A stretch of 64,000 bases of DNA from Lama glama (taxonomy: Eukaryota): assembly GCA_028534125.1 (NCBI GenBank), contig CM052817.1, positions 24,926,001-24,990,000 on the forward strand, in the 5' to 3' direction. Below, piece after piece: positions 63,160 to 64,000 of this stretch (position 1 is its first letter; each line of letters begins with the position of its first letter). A model generated the notes under the pieces. It was not told the DNA's origin. It saw only the letters and a list, made by a program, of their open reading frames with translations, and ran no database searches. The translations under genes and the position numbers were made by a program.

Positions 63160-63960
63160 AAAAAATAGACTTTATTTTTCAGAGCAGTTTTAGTTTCACA
63201 GAAAAAGTTCCTGTAAAACTTCTCATGCCCTCCCCCACCCTCCCCCAATCAGTTTCCTCTGTTAGAGTCTTGTTTTAGTGTGGTACCTTTATCACAGTTG
63301 ATGAGGTGGTATTGATGCATCTTTATTAACTAAAGCCCATAGTTTACATTAGGGTTCACGCCTGGTGTGGTACCTCCCATGGGTTCTGACAAACGTATAA
63401 TGGCATGCAGCCACCATTATAGTACCATACGGAATTGTTTCTTTGCCCTAAAAATTCTCTGTGCTCCACCTGTTCACCCCTCTGCCCCCCTTCAAGCCCC
63501 AGGCAACCACTCATCTTTTACTGTCTCCATAGTTTTGTCTTTTCCAGAATGTCAAATAGTTGGAATTATACAGTTTGTAGCGTTTTCAGATGGTCTTCTT
63601 TCCCTTCACAGTGTGCATCTGAGGTTCCTCTATGTCTTTTTATGGTTTGATAGCTCTTTTTAGTGCTGAATAATATTCCATCGTCTGGATGTACCTGTTT
63701 GTTTATCCATTCATCTATTGGAGAACATCTGGTTGCTTCTTAGTTTTGGCAGTTACGAATAAAGCTGCTGCAAACATTCCTATGCAAGCTTTTGTGTGGG
63801 CGTACAGTTTCAACTCCTTTTGGTGAATACTAAGCAGTGCGATTGCTGGCTTGCCTGGTGAGAATGTGGTCAGTTCTATAAGCAGCGGCCAGACTGGCTC
63901 CCTAAGTGGCTGCACCATTTCACGGTCCCGCCAGCAGTGAGTGAGAGGTCCTCCTGCCTC
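63160..63960 (-). mobile_element. L1MC-type 3' end
   Basis: Homologous to 14788-15360 and 27815-28640; antisense ORF 63715-63978 reads as decayed L1 ORF2 (THCWRDREMVQPL). Confidence 0.82.
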
Positions 63961-64000
63961 CTGGGCCTTTAGATTCACAGTGGCCTTCCCGAAGTCAGCA

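Noticed and set aside
1..64000. CRISPR arrays, operons or other prokaryotic-type systems
   Set aside because: Sequence is a spliced mammalian locus; repeats are dispersed transposon copies, not regularly spaced arrays.

Overview
Mammalian genomic DNA, very probably camelid (seven copies of a tRNA-derived SINE that I recognise as the camelid Vic-1 type), lying inside the TBC1D1 (Rab-GAP, AS160/TBC1D4 paralogue) gene on the + strand. Five coding exons (49102-49614, 51634-51723, 53475-53579, 54102-54234, 58864-58955; exons 3-7 by recalled human numbering) have canonical AG/GT ends and splice into one 933-nt open frame covering the end of PTB1, the AMPK-site linker (RKSFSQP) and PTB2. The first 49 kb are the long upstream intron, with a 500-N assembly gap and ordinary L1, L2, MIR, L3/CR1, LTR and hAT fossils. 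The most interesting element is an intronic CpG island (~22.9-23.75 kb) built like an alternative promoter and first exon: GC boxes/G4, a (CCG)10 tract, a 23-codon uORF, then ATG-MSPLFSWVAK-AAG|GTAGGC, which is in phase with exon 3 and predicts a TBC1D1 isoform lacking most of PTB1. There are no prokaryotic-type systems, CRISPR arrays or true tRNA/rRNA genes. Repeat family names and comparisons with the human protein are from memory, not from searches, and most repeat boundaries are approximate.
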